The notes below the pieces were generated by a model. That model did not search any database and was not told the origin of the DNA. It saw nothing but the letters and a program-made list of their open reading frames with translations. A stretch of 63,598 bases of DNA, counting the filler. It is 8 parts of 8 records of this genome, joined end to end, with 100 filler letters (N's around TTAATTAATTAA, not from the genome) between each part and the next. Parts side by side here need not be neighbours in the genome. Positions count along the whole stretch, not along the records: positions 1 to 13,699 come from SRR7504441_2151; 7 more parts are not named here. One strand, given 5' to 3'. The translations under genes and the position numbers were made by a program. This document shows positions 1-11,803 of this stretch, in pieces; position 1 is the stretch's first letter, and each line of letters begins with the position of its first letter.

Positions 1-13
1 GCTCTTCCGATCT
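1..13 (-). other. Illumina TruSeq adapter remnant (artefact)
   Basis: GCTCTTCCGATCT is the reverse complement of the adapter core AGATCGGAAGAGC. It supplies the apparent stop codon of the 12..1724 ORF. Confidence 0.92.
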
Positions 14-2489
14 AAGTCTGTCCTCCCGACTTGTCTGTCAATCGAAAATCGTCTATAGTGAGATTGAAGACCACAATTACAGGCGCCACCGCAACAGGCA
101 GGTGCACACGATCAAAATCGATTAACCGCTTGATCGGCAATGGATGGTCGGTAGTCAAGCCAGAAGGTGGAACATGAAAGACCTCCACCACTTCGTCGCC
201 TGCTGGGCCACCGAGATGGGACACTTGGCACTGCACTTCGTACTGGACCTTCATAGAGCACACGACCGAACTGTTGTGATAGCCCATGCCTGCTCCGAAC
301 GGAAATACCACGCCGCCTGGGTTTCTGTAGTACTTATAAGTCCTCCCCGGATATTTTGTTTGTGAGTACTGCATCAAAGCTTGCTCCTCGACGAATGTGG
401 ACTTGTACATCGTCACTGCCAAACGACCCCACCGATTCTCCCGGCCGAGTAGAAGAGACGCCAAGGCCGTCATCCCCGCAACGCCGGGTTGCCAAGATTC
501 AATGATGGCACTGGCACCATTCACAAACATTTCAATACCGAGCGGAGCACCGTTCACTAGCACCAGCAGGGTAGGTTTTCCCAGCGCCAGCATGCGGCTA
601 ACTAGTTCTGGCTGCTGACCAGGCAGAGTAATGTTGGTCCGGTCTCGGCCTTCTCCTGTAATGCTCTGGTCGATACCGACAGCCACAATGATTTGCTCAG
701 CAATTGCAGCCTGAGCAACAGCTTGATCAAGTTGGCTGGTGTCATTGCAGAGCTGCTTGCCATGCACAGGCCCGTCATGACCCCAGTGGGGCACACAATC
801 AATGTCACAACCACTGGCTTCAGTCAGGTTTCCCCAGTTCGCGGCCTTCTGCAGTGAGCTAGAGAGCGTCGAGCAGCCCTCGCTCGCAGTCTCGTAGCCC
901 GACTGGCACTGGTAGCCTCCACTCATTGGGCCAGTGATGAAGGTGCGCTTTCGGGTATCCAATGGTAAGATGCCGTCGTTCTTCAATAAAATATGCCCTT
1001 GAAGCGCCATGTCGTAGTTCATGTCATTGTGCTGCTGACTCCCGATAGCGTGGCCGTCAGCCAGTGTTGCCCAGGCCATGTTTCCGTCAACCTTGTTGTA
1101 TACACCAGCTTTGAACAGGTTCCACAGCACACGCCGGACAGCTGTGTTCACGGTATTCTCGTCGGTCAGTCCCTGATCAATAGCTTTGGGAATGTCATTC
1201 TTATATGTGCAGTTGCCGTAGTTAAAACCGTGGTACACAAAGCACTTGGGCGCGTCCCTGCAGTCAACGTTTTGGCAGTTGCCACAGGCAGGAGAGCCCA
1301 GAGGGATGTCAGTGCCATTGTTCAGCATCCAGGCGGTTGCATGAGCACAGTCGGGCGCCAGTTCAGGTGGGAAACCCATGATACCTATCTCTCCGCAATC
1401 TGTCGACACCACTGCTTTTTGACCTCGCGGGCCCCAGGAACGAAGCGTGTCGAGAAGCCAGCGATTGGAGCACGAATTCTGACCATTGGGGGCTATGTGC
1501 GCACACATGGCGCCATAGGCCCCTGCTTCCATGCCAGTACGATATGCGGGGAGGAAGCTGTCCCAGAAATCATAAACTGAGATGTTATAACGGGCGAACT
1601 CGGAGGGTTTGGTCTGGTTGACACCATATGCATCGAAATGCTTCAGATAGAGCAGCATCCGTGGCACGCCTTGCTCCTCCTCCACAGCAGCGCTGACGAT
1701 GCCTTTTGCATATGCACCTGTCAAGAATGGATCCTACAAAAACCAGACACAGTCGAGGGTTATTCGTCGGGTCAGAAATGGCCAGCACACCTCGGAAGGT
1801 AGCTCGGTGTTCCGCCCAAACCGCGGATCGCGCTGTACGTTCATGTTAGGCCCGTAGCCTGTCACTGACATGGGAGCACGGCCAACGTGGTTTTGGCCGC
1901 CAACCAACTGGAGGCTCCGCTGCTCAGTCGAGATGATGAGGCCTTTCTGATAGAAAACGGATCGATTCCACGAGGAGGCGATGCTATTTGGCCCGCCGAG
2001 GTTGGTGGAGCACTTGTTGTCCTTGCCATCCCACCCCGTCCAGCACTTCGACTGGACGTTGGTGTTGGCCTCGTTCAGCCAGATCATCGTGGGCACTTGC
2101 CGTAGGAATGGCTCGTCGCCTAGGGAGGTGCCATTCCACATCCAGCCTTGGCACGTCGAGCCAAGGGTAGGGTTGGGCGAGATCATCCCAAGCTTCTGGT
2201 CCAGCGTGAGCCGGTTGAGCAGATCTTCGGTGCGTTCGTCAGTGCTGAGGCTCATGTCGCAGAAGGCGAACTGCTTTGCGCCCGGCGCGGCGCATCCCTG
2301 GAAGTTAACGGCGCTGATGTTGGGTCCAGGGGTCTGTAGGGCGAGCCGCTGTTTGTACTCGCGCAACGCTTGCTCCTTGCAGTTCGGCTCCCCGGCGCCA
2401 GATCCCAGCTGCATCAGCCCCAGCAGTAGCCCCAGAAGCACTGGCCTTGCACCCCACCAGTCCATGGGTGATCCAGGTTCCACCCGCAT
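14..2489 (-). CDS. Secreted glycoside hydrolase family 3 (beta-xylosidase/beta-glucosidase-like), 3'-truncated by the adapter
   Basis: Signal-peptide-like N-terminus. Motifs FCDMSLSTDERTEDLLNRLTL, GPNMNVQRDPRFGRNTELPSE|DPFLTG (GT-AG intron 1734-1790), KHF, STDCG nucleophile, EGRDRTNITLPGQQ, PGRTYKYY and FPFGAG, followed by an incomplete Fn3-like domain. Confidence 0.93.
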
Positions 2490-2693
2490 GGCGGCCGCGT
2501 CACGGAGTCACCGAACCACCTCCAGTCGCGCGAAAGTGGCCGGGCAGAGCGCGCCCACGACGGGAGTGGGGCGGCGGCTGCAGCGTCCAATCACTGCAGC
2601 CAAAAATCATCAACGACAGTTTCGCTGCGACACGGATGTACAGCAGCGCGGCGCGGGGCTGACGACGCACAGCACAGCCGACTTGCAGCACAG

Positions 2694-5600
2694 ATGGACT
2701 CGGGTGCAGGTGGCTCCGGCGGTAGGTGCAGAGTGGCGAGCCAGCGGCCAGGCACCGACGCGCTGGCGCTTCAGCGGCGCGTCCAGGAGAACATCGAGCG
2801 CCAGCAGCGGCTGTTCGAGGAGCTGGCCAAAAAGCAGGTCTCCCTGCCGGTGAGAGCTGCCCGCCCGCCGGCTGGGCACTCACCGCGCTGCTGCAGTCGG
2901 GCACGTTCACTGCACCTCCAGCCGCCGGCTCCCCGGTCAAGGTGACCCCCAGCCGGACACCGGCCGACTCTTCGCCACAGAGTGCCGCCGACAAAGCGTT
3001 CGACCAAATAGACACCAACAACGACGGCGTTATCACTCGGGACGAGTGGGTAAATGCCATGCGTCTGGGCCCCGGCGGAGCGCACTACCCCGATCCGCTC
3101 TCGCCCACCCTGCCCGCGGCTCCCACGGTGTGCCAGTCGCCCGGCGGCGCTCACTGAGTTGGGGCCGCAGACCGCCAGCGTCTCGGTCGGTCGATCGCCA
3201 TCACCGCCCCGGGCCACCCCGGGTTCGATGTCGGCAGCAGCGGTCGGCTCGGCGCTGGAAGCTGCAGCTGCTGCGGCTCAGATCCCGCCTGCGGCCCAGC
3301 TGCCAGCTCCAGCGCTATTCCCCGGGCCTAGCGGCATCGAGCGGATGGTCAACGACTGCTGGCGGCGGGACAACGTGATCGCGGACCAGATGAAGCAACT
3401 GGCCATGCTGCGAGAGCAGAATGAGCGTGCGAACACGATCAGCATCGAGGTGCGCTCCCGAGGCTCGGGCGGCGCTGAGTGGTGGGCAGACGCAGCGGCA
3501 AGCGAGCGAGGAAGTGAATAAGATGCGGGCCCGGCTGGTCGAGGAGGACCAGACCCACCGGATCAAGTAGCCATCCGGGCCGGTGTCTGGCTGAGCAGCG
3601 GTGTAGGGTAAAGCAACTCGAAGACATCACAATCGACGCCCAGCGACAGGCTGTCCAGGCTGAGACCAAGCTGGTGCCGGGCGAGCATCGCACTGCAAGC
3701 TTACCTGGGGCAGGCGGCGGTCGGGTCGGCAGTGCCAACAGTCGAAATGCTCAAGACCCAGCTGACAGAGAGAGATCAGCAGCTGAGGCAGGCTCGGGAG
3801 CAGGCCGGGGCGGCCGAGGGTGCGCTGCTGGCGGGGTGGGCGACCGAGCCATGGGCAGCGGGCCGGAGAAGCCTGGAGGCGCAGTGCCAGCTGCTGCGGG
3901 ATCGTAACATTGCTCTCGAAGCACAACTGCAGTGCGTGGCTTGGTTGGTGGGCCTGACTGAGGCGGGCAGGACTGTGTCGGTGCCTATTATCCAGCCGCA
4001 AGTGAGCGCCGGGGACGCCACGTCGGATCAGATCACCTCGGCGTTCATTGCTGAGCTGATTAGTCTCGAGCAGTTCATAAGGTCCTCTGCACACTCAGGG
4101 CTTCCTGTATATGCCCAGAGCGCGGGGAGAGTGCCAATGGCAGCTGCCCCGATGGTCGAAAACTGTCGACGTGCAGTGGTGGAGCTCGTGCAGGAGCTGC
4201 GCGGCGCTAAGGGCCAGCTGCACGAGCTGAGGCTGGCGAACGACCTGAGCTCGAACAGGGCGAATGGGCTGGATGCCTCAAAGGCTGAGCTTCACCAGGA
4301 GCTTGTAGAGGCTTGTCGTCGGTTGTCGGAGCTGCACAACCGCGTGACGCTGCTCGAGGTGGAGAACGCGACTGTGCTGTCTAGGTGCAGGGAGCTGGAG
4401 GAGAAGGACCGCGAGAATAGTGCGGAGCTCGAGAGCCGACGCAAGTTCGTTCAAGAGGTCTGCAGCCAGCTGATCGCTGCAGAGCGGAGCGTGCGTGATG
4501 TGTCCAAGAACGCTAGCTGGAGCCCTGTGTTGGTGCACCGTGAACTGGCTGCGGACGCGTGTTGGAACTCAGTTAAGGTGGCTCTGTCAGAGCAGGCCAC
4601 TGGATGTGCAGTGGCCATGCAAGCATGCGCCCGCGGGCTCACGGGGATGGAAGAAAAGTTTTCAGATGCAACACTGGCGCTCGATCGGGCTCAGCAAGAC
4701 GCAAAGGCTGCAGTGATGCGCGCCGAGGAGCAAGCTGAGGCGCGTGTTATGGTGTTCCAGGAGGGCGAGGCACAGGCCAGGGAGAGGCTGCAGGCCGAGC
4801 AAGGGCGAAGGCTGCAAGAGGCTGAAGAACAGGCTAATTCGAGGATCAAGGCAGCCGAGGCGGCTGAGATGGCGAAGATTGCCGACTTCCAGCGGATGCT
4901 AGAGGAGATGGACCACGCCAATGGGGCATTGCGGATGCAGCTGGAGGATGCAAGGATTGAGATCTCGCACCATCATGAGCGAATGGTCGGGTTTGAGAGG
5001 TGTAACGGAGAGAATGCGCGGCTGGTGCAGGCGCTCGAGTCGAGATCTAAAGAGCTCGAGGACGCGATTGGGACGATGATTGCCCCGAGTAAGCACGCTG
5101 CCCTGGAGAAGGAGCTGCAAGAGATGAGTGGTAAGCTGACCACACTAGGTGAGGAGAAGGAGGCGGCGGCGCATGAGCTCGAGTCGCTGCTGGGGGTGAT
5201 AAGGGAGCTAAGGTTTAAGCTGCAGGAGGGCGATGAGGGCAATAAGGCGCTCGAGAAGGAGAACATGAAGCTCTGCTGGCAGCACGTCGAGTGGAAGACT
5301 CAGCTAGGTACGATGCAGGAGGCGATCAGGAAGCGTGATCAGAGGTTGATGGACACCGAAGGCGAATCTGAGCAGCGCAAGGCTGAGCTTATGCAAGTAG
5401 TCTCGCGATCCAAAGCGGCTCAGGGAGATCTGAAGGCGCTGCAGGAGCTTGTGGAGACAATAGAGGCGCAGAGGCAGAGTGACGCCAGGAATCACCTGAG
5501 GGTAGTGACTGATCTTCAGAGGAAGAACGAGGAGCTGCAGCAGCGTGAGGCGGCAATGCGGGTGACCAGGAGAGACTGCTTGGTACTAATTGGGGGCTGG

Positions 5601-5873
5601 CAGGCACACTTGGAGCAACTGGATGCGCAGCTGCAGAGGTCACGCCATTTGAGTTTGAGTGGCGACACGAGTAGAGCTGTGGCGGGAGTGAGTGCTGTGG
5701 CCGACGAGCTCAGTGGGCGGTTATCTAAGATGAGGAGCACTTCTCCCCATCGGATAGGTGGAATTGCTTCAAGTGTCGACAGGGCATTCGACCGAATTGA
5801 CACCAACAGGGATGGAGTTATTTCGCGCGATGAATGGTCGAGAGCAATGCAGCCTCCGAGCTCGGGGATTTAA
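2694..5873 (+). CDS. EF-hand-containing long coiled-coil protein (multi-exon; start approximate)
   Basis: EF-hand loops DTNNDGVITRDEW (~3010) and DTNRDGVISRDEW (~5800) flank a long E/Q/L-rich heptad region. Several ~40-nt GT-AG introns link ORFs 2694, 2726, 3054 and 3732. Confidence 0.75.
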
Positions 5874-6387
5874 TATCGAATGAGAATAATTACTTAATAA
5901 TGCAATAATTGCTATAATTCGTGCAATATTGATTCATTTAAAACAAGAGTTTGGTCGTAACCATGCCTTATTTATGACCATCTGGTAGCGGCTACATGAT
6001 TGTATACGACCGACTATATTACTTATCAGGCTCGCGCTGTAAGTAGATATCGGGTTAATATCGGGTTCTTGAGAAGCTTGTTTACACCCTGTTAGTACAA
6101 GGATGTCTCGTACCAACAGCTATCAAGCAGCTGCATCTCCTGTCTCGATGTCGGCGATCCCCTTGTCTGCTGTCGCCTTTTCGTCGTAGAACTTTTGAGC
6201 ATTGTGCAGGGTTTTCAGCGCACCTGCTTCCTGCGCAAGAAACAGCGATCATTGACGAAGCAATCAACGGCGAATTCAAGTGAGAGTCGCACCGGCTGGA
6301 AAATGAACTGGTCACCACTCAAGTCCTGTTGAAGCTTGTTCCATTCCTCAACAAGGAACTCCACAACCCACTCGATGTATCCATCGC

Positions 6388-7181
6388 TTAATACTCCTTC
6401 CAATAGTTGATGAGAATGCAGTCTCTGCCACTGTTACTCGAATAGCCACTGGCCAAATGATCGCAGTCCTTGTCCTTTGACCAGAAATACTGAGGGAAGT
6501 TGTACAGGCCTATGCCGCAGTCAACTAACAACAGAGGGGGTAAGGGTGCTCTGACCTCGAGTGGACCATGGCATGTAAATGTCACAGCCATCCACATTCA
6601 GAGTCATACTATTCAGAGATGTGTCCGGAAAGTAGGCTGTCCTTTTGTTGAAGGCGTCGACAACAACCACCCCTACTATGATGCCAGCAATTACGCTTAG
6701 CGCCGCAATCAGGAGCCAGAGGTTGCGGTAGTATCGCTTCTCGGTCCACCACTGGCACACACACAGCACCTTAGAGTCCCATTGCAAGACCCTCAATGCC
6801 CACCTGCAGCTGGTTCCACCTCAGCTCAGTCTTGGTGGACACCACAACATCGCCGTCTTCGTCGGACTCGTCCCCAAACATGCTGCTCAGCAGCACCATA
6901 GTCTCGGCCTCGGCTTCGGTCATTTGCATTGTCTCACTCACATGTGCCTGCATCTCGCCAAACTTGGTCTCCACCTCATCAATCTGGAACTTTTGGGCCA
7001 GCTCGCTCTGTGGCTCGTCTTTGGCCAGGACGTTGGCCTCCAGCACCATCTCGTCCACGTCAGGCTTGTCCTCCAGCTCCGCTTTGGATTCGAGGATGTT
7101 GTCCTCCAGCGCCGCTTGGCTGTCGCTCACGGAGAGCAGCTCCATCTCGCCGCCCTCGTCCTCCGGGGCGATCTTAGACAT
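6388..7181 (-). CDS. Hypothetical single-pass membrane protein (acidic N-terminus, TM helix); 3' end uncertain
   Basis: ORFs 6771..7181, 6521..6796 and 6388..6597 can be joined by two GT-AG introns. Hydrophobic helix LWLLIAALSVIAGIIVGVVVV. Confidence 0.5.
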
Positions 7182-7305
7182 GTCTGACGAGTGGTCCCCC
7201 GATCGAGGGGCGTTTATAGTCTATTTTGGGAACTTTTAACGGCGCAAACGGTCGCGGCTGCTTAGGCGAGCTCCGAGCAGCGCAAACGCTCGGGGCATCG
7301 AGTGG

Positions 7306-8733
7306 ATGGCTTTCCGGGCGCTTTTGTGCCGGCACAGCCCCGGGCTGCTCCGTCCTGCTCGCCTGGCAGCGGGCCGGGGCCCTCGCTGGATGGCCAACCA
7401 GACCAAGCCGCCGCCGGACAAGCCCGAGCCATGGGACGCAGGCCGGCTGATTATGAACCTGGGCGCGGTCTCTTCGCTGACTGGGTTCATGATGACCGAC
7501 GTGCTCTACCTCCGGATGCTCTCGGTGTTTGGGTCGGTGTGCGGCATCACTTACAACTCGACCCGCCGGCCGCGCCAGTGGAACGGGGTGGCCTGGGGCT
7601 GCGTGTTTGTGAGTACCAATCTGGTGATGATCTACAAGCTGCTACTAGAGCGGCAGGAGATCACGTTCACTGTCGACGAGATGGACATGTACAAGCGCAA
7701 CTTTGAGCACTATGGAGTCTCCCCGGCCCAGTTCCGGAATCTGATGGAGCTGGCGAGATGGAAGACCGTCAAGCCTGGTGCGCCCGGCTGACCTCACGCG
7801 GCGACGGGCGGCGGGCTCAGGCGATGCGATCATCAGGGCGGGCAGGCCGCTGGATCGGGTGGTCTACATCCACCGCGGGACGGCTAATTGTCTGGCTGCG
7901 GATGGGGTGTTCAAGTACACATGTGACCACCGCTGCCTTCAGCGCCCTCCTGAGAGCGGCTGTGCATGTGCACAGATCAAGGAGCCGAGCAGAGCGCAGT
8001 GGCCGATCCGGCAGAAGATAGTGGCGCCGACTGGGCGAGTCATCACACCAACGGTACAACGGCGGTCGGCCAGGCGCGACTGCTGGGGGGTCAGGCTGCA
8101 TTGTGGGCGGGACAGCGATTGTAGATCAGAGTGTGTTGTGCCGGGACTACCCGAACAGCGTGGTGGCAGCCGACATCGTCCCGGAACAACCGGCCGTCGC
8201 AGGCACTGGCCGCCCTGTTTAATCAAAACTAACAGCGTTGCAGTGTCATGGCGTACAACGGAGCTCCTAGGGCTGATGGAGCAGGAGAAGGCACTCAAGC
8301 ACGCCTTTGTGCATATGCTGTATGTAGACCTGGTTGGAGGGCTCCGTCGGAAGCGGCGGGATGGCACCATCTGCTCCGATGAGGGGGAAGGAGAGCTGGC
8401 GGGTGTCCAGCTCAAGTGCCTGGCCTGGCCTGGTAGCGTCTAACAGATGGCAGGCTGCAGCAGTACGTGCAGCTGGTCAAGGGCGTGCTCGCCGATGGTA
8501 TGGTGCACCCGGTCGAGAGGAAGCTCTGCCGCGAGTTCAAGCAGAAACACCGGATATCGCATAGCCAGCACGTGCAGATCTTGCAAGGAGTGGGATGGAC
8601 TGAGCAGGAGTGGACTGACGGGATCCTGAACAAGAACGCCAAAGGCACCGAGTACGAGAAGAGGAAGCTGCGGCTCGGCAAGCTGGTGAATGAAGTCAAC
8701 AAGAAGGAGCCGCTGGTCTGGTCCAATCAGTGA
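7306..8733 (+). CDS. Popeye-like membrane protein with cyclic-nucleotide-binding domain and C-terminal helical domain
   Basis: TM region MTDVLYLRMLSVFGSVCGITYN...WGCVFVSTNLVMIYKLLLER, then FRNLMELARW and a cNMP-like beta-roll (IIRAGRPLDRVVYIHRG), ending HRISHSQHVQILQGVGWTEQEW. Five short introns, including GC-AG 8203-8243. Arg-rich N-terminal presequence. Confidence 0.75.
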
Positions 8734-8923
8734 TTGGTCTTGTGTGCCCAACCTCGGCGGTCTACGCTGCTTAGTCTGACCCACCCCTTGCACGATGTGC
8801 TAACTAATAGTCTCAGTTGCTACGTATGCATAAATTTGCTGTAAACTACCATTGACTCATTGACAAATGATCAAGAAATTTACTAGAACTGAAATTCAGT
8901 ACTGAGTACCAGTTGATACTGCA

Positions 8924-10339
8924 CTACTCACTCGTATGCTCCGGGCGATCCGAGGACCATGAGCGTAAGGTTTGCAAAATTGTGGCTCGAGCAGCCGTCA
9001 CCTGCTCCGGGTCGTGCGCAGGACTCGGATAAAACGTATCATAAGTGTGCGCCATCCGAGCCACATTGAGCACCTTTAGCTCGGCAGAGGCAGGCCCTAG
9101 GTCCTCGATGGGCGAGAAACTGCGGACTGGGTCGTAGCCTCCGTTCACCCACAAGATGCGACTGCTGTTGCGGATCACCGTTAGATTGACGTATTCACGC
9201 CACCAGCGGATTGGCTCGAATGGCGTGTGGACATCCGGCCACTGCGCAGTGCACTGTGCCAGCACACTGGAGTAGTCGTACGGGCTGGGAACGGCGAAGA
9301 TCCCTTGACCGGCGACCGGCTGCACGAATTGACTGCAAGTGAGATAAGACCACGGCCGCTCCTGAATCGGGAGAGGACCGCTGTTTGCCACCGAAAGGTC
9401 AGTCTCAGCGGGCTTGTAGCTGAAACAGGGGAGACTGCCGCTCCGGTTGTAATACATGGACATGGCCGTGTGCAGCAGCGCTTGTGGCTCAGATGCCGCT
9501 AGCTGGCAGAGCTGAGCCAGTGGATTTGGACTAGCCCACAATGGGTTTTGTACGGGGTAGTCAAACTGGGCGGCAGCCGAGAAGGCCCACCTTGCATAGT
9601 AGAGTAACAAGTAGACATCAGACGCCGTCCCGACTGGAGAGCACAGCCGCAGCTCCGACTGCAGCGCCGCCCTCTGTCCACTGTCGATCCTGCTAGCGAA
9701 GACGGCATCAAACTGCCGTTGCACCGCATCGGCACACGTCAACGGACCATGCTGTATCGAGCTGTAGCTCTGACTCACGTGGTCGAACTATGTTGAATTG
9801 GGCACGTCGCCCACCGTGTAGACTGCGGCAGCGCTCGCAATCGCCCCGGCTACTGTCTCGCGGTGCTTGATTCTCATCAGCATGGCCAGAAACCCGCCGT
9901 AGCTCCCGCCGAACGCGAACACCTTTCCGGCACCGAGCGCAACCCGCAGCTGAGTGGCCAGCGCCGCGTAGTCGGCCAGCGCCTGCTCCACACTCAAGTA
10001 GCGCACATTGCCGCCGGCGAAACTGCTGTTGCCGAACGGGAGTGAGTCCCCAAAGTACCTGTGCTCCGCGGCCACCACCGCTCCCCCGAGCGCTTTGGCG
10101 TACAACACGATGGCAGTGGCGTACTGAGTGACACTGACACTGGCCAGGGCAGTCTCGGGTCCGCAGTAGAAGAGCAGCGGGCCGCCTTTAGTATAGTGGG
10201 CCAGGTTGGTGAAATACTTCTGCCGGAAGCGGCGGGGGTCGGCCGGGTTGGAATGATCCAACGGCTGCTCGATCCACTGCTGCGGGGGCGCGCCGCACGC
10301 GAGCGCAACCAACACGGTGAACGCCGCAGCACGCCGCAT
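8924..10339 (-). CDS. Serine carboxypeptidase S28 (Pro-X carboxypeptidase-like), interrupted by an in-frame TAG at 9788-9790
   Basis: Signal peptide. Motifs QPLDH, FRQKY, AEHRYFGDSLPF, YLSVEQALADYA, FGGSYGG nucleophile, NGGYDP and AH. ORFs 9788..10408 and 8924..9778 are in the same frame. Confidence 0.88.
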
Positions 10340-10488
10340 GATGACCCACAGAGCTGCCTCGTTCTCAGCAGCCTTTGCCCTGGCCGACAGCCACGATCTC
10401 AATCGCAACTGAATTTAACGGCTCTCCGCAGAGTAACTACGCCTTTCTACGGTGTTAAAGCCCGAGCTCATGAGCTGACCCAGACACC

Positions 10489-11601
10489 ATGCAGCTCTCC
10501 AGGCCGGCAGCACTGCTCCTGGCCTTTGCCGCCCTGGCCAGCGCCAACGTGGACAGCTTCCAGTACTACCGGCACCACAACTTCGATCGGTCTGGCCCAC
10601 TGAGCAGCCAGCCGGTCTGCTACGACCGCTGCGACGTCAGCGGGCTCTGCAGCCGGCCCAGCTGCGCTCAGCTGGTCGAGCAGTACCCGTGCGACAAGTA
10701 CTACGCCCCAGGCCAGCAGTACGCGGGCTGGTGCGACAGCACCTGCGGCTACGCCGCCTGCGCTCGGCAGAGCCACACGGAGTCTCAAGGCGCGGACCGC
10801 ATGGTGGAGTGGAACGCCAGCTACGCCATTTTCGACAGCCCGCGGCCGGTGCACGTCACTCGGTTCGACTTGTTCAACGCCTCGGCCGACCGCCGGCTCG
10901 ATACTGTCCTGGCGCTGCCGAATGGGCCGGCATATATCTTCACGACAGCGCCGCTGGTAGTGATGCGGGACCTGGCCGGCAACACAAACCACACCATCTA
11001 CGCCGAGGAGGCCGCATGGGTGTCGCAGGCCAGCTGCCTCCAGCTGGTGGTGGCCGCGCCTGCCGCAGGGATGGTGAACGCTTCGGTGCTGGTGGTGTCC
11101 TCGGGAGAGCTGGAGCATAAGGCGGGGAGTGAGTGCAAGCCGAGCAAAATGGTTATCGGATACGAGGATCTGCACAACAACCCGGTGGACTACGTGGTCC
11201 AGGGCAACTGCACCGACACGCTGAGCGGGCCCGGCGGCGCGGAAGACTTTGATGACCTCGACAGCCCGATACGGCCGCTCGTGTCGCATTACCACACCCG
11301 AGGCGCTCTCTACTACACTGCTAACGGCGTGAGCAATTATAACGACCCAGGCGAGGGGCCGGTCAGCAAGGGCGAGATGCGGTTTGTCCAGTGGGGCCAC
11401 TTTTACGGGCCTGAGACTATGTGGGGAGATGACTACTTTGTGATGAGCTTTCACGAGGCGGATCCCAGTGCCCGGAGCCTGGCGCCGTCCAGCCCGCCGT
11501 CCGGGTTCACGCCGTGCGCATTTGCGTGCTTGGACAAGCCCGCCGATGGGACCCCGGCCACAGAGAAGATGAAGTGTGTATTGCCTTCTTCGGTGAATTG
11601 A
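10489..11601 (+). CDS. Secreted hypothetical protein with N-terminal Cys-rich module
   Basis: Intronless 370-aa ORF with a signal peptide (MQLSRPAALLLAFAALASA), a Cys-rich segment (CAQLVEQYPCDKYY...WCDSTCGYAAC) and GC3-rich codon usage. Confidence 0.7.
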   Translation: MQLSRPAALLLAFAALASANVDSFQYYRHHNFDRSGPLSSQPVCYDRCDVSGLCSRPSCAQLVEQYPCDKYYAPGQQYAGWCDSTCGYAACARQSHTESQGADRMVEWNASYAIFDSPRPVHVTRFDLFNASADRRLDTVLALPNGPAYIFTTAPLVVMRDLAGNTNHTIYAEEAAWVSQASCLQLVVAAPAAGMVNASVLVVSSGELEHKAGSECKPSKMVIGYEDLHNNPVDYVVQGNCTDTLSGPGGAEDFDDLDSPIRPLVSHYHTRGALYYTANGVSNYNDPGEGPVSKGEMRFVQWGHFYGPETMWGDDYFVMSFHEADPSARSLAPSSPPSGFTPCAFACLDKPADGTPATEKMKCVLPSSVN

Positions 11602-11803
11602 TCCATCATCAGCTCATTTGTATGTGCAGAGGAACCGATTGTTTTGAGCCTTACGCCAACAATGGGCAAGTTTAAATGTGTCTGTACATATTCCGCAACT
11701 ACATGATTTGTACAAGTTCTTTTTAATACACGTAGTCATTAATGTACATTCAGTTTTACCAGAAACATAAGAAAACATTACATGTAGCACTGCGCTGAAG
11801 CAA

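Noticed and set aside
1981-2853. Long antisense or overlapping ORFs (also 10468..11454, 12306..13091, 46185..47354 and others)
   Set aside because: These are shadow frames of GC-rich genes on the opposite strand, with no recognisable motifs.
5934-6403. Continuation of the 6388..7181 membrane-protein gene
   Set aside because: It would need a frameshift, and I found no convincing splice path or homology.
9788-9790. Genome-wide reassignment of TAG to an amino acid
   Set aside because: Gln/Leu-rich ORFs of more than 1000 aa contain no in-frame TAG, and several genes (DCC1, and those ending at 44202 and 49905) terminate with TAG.
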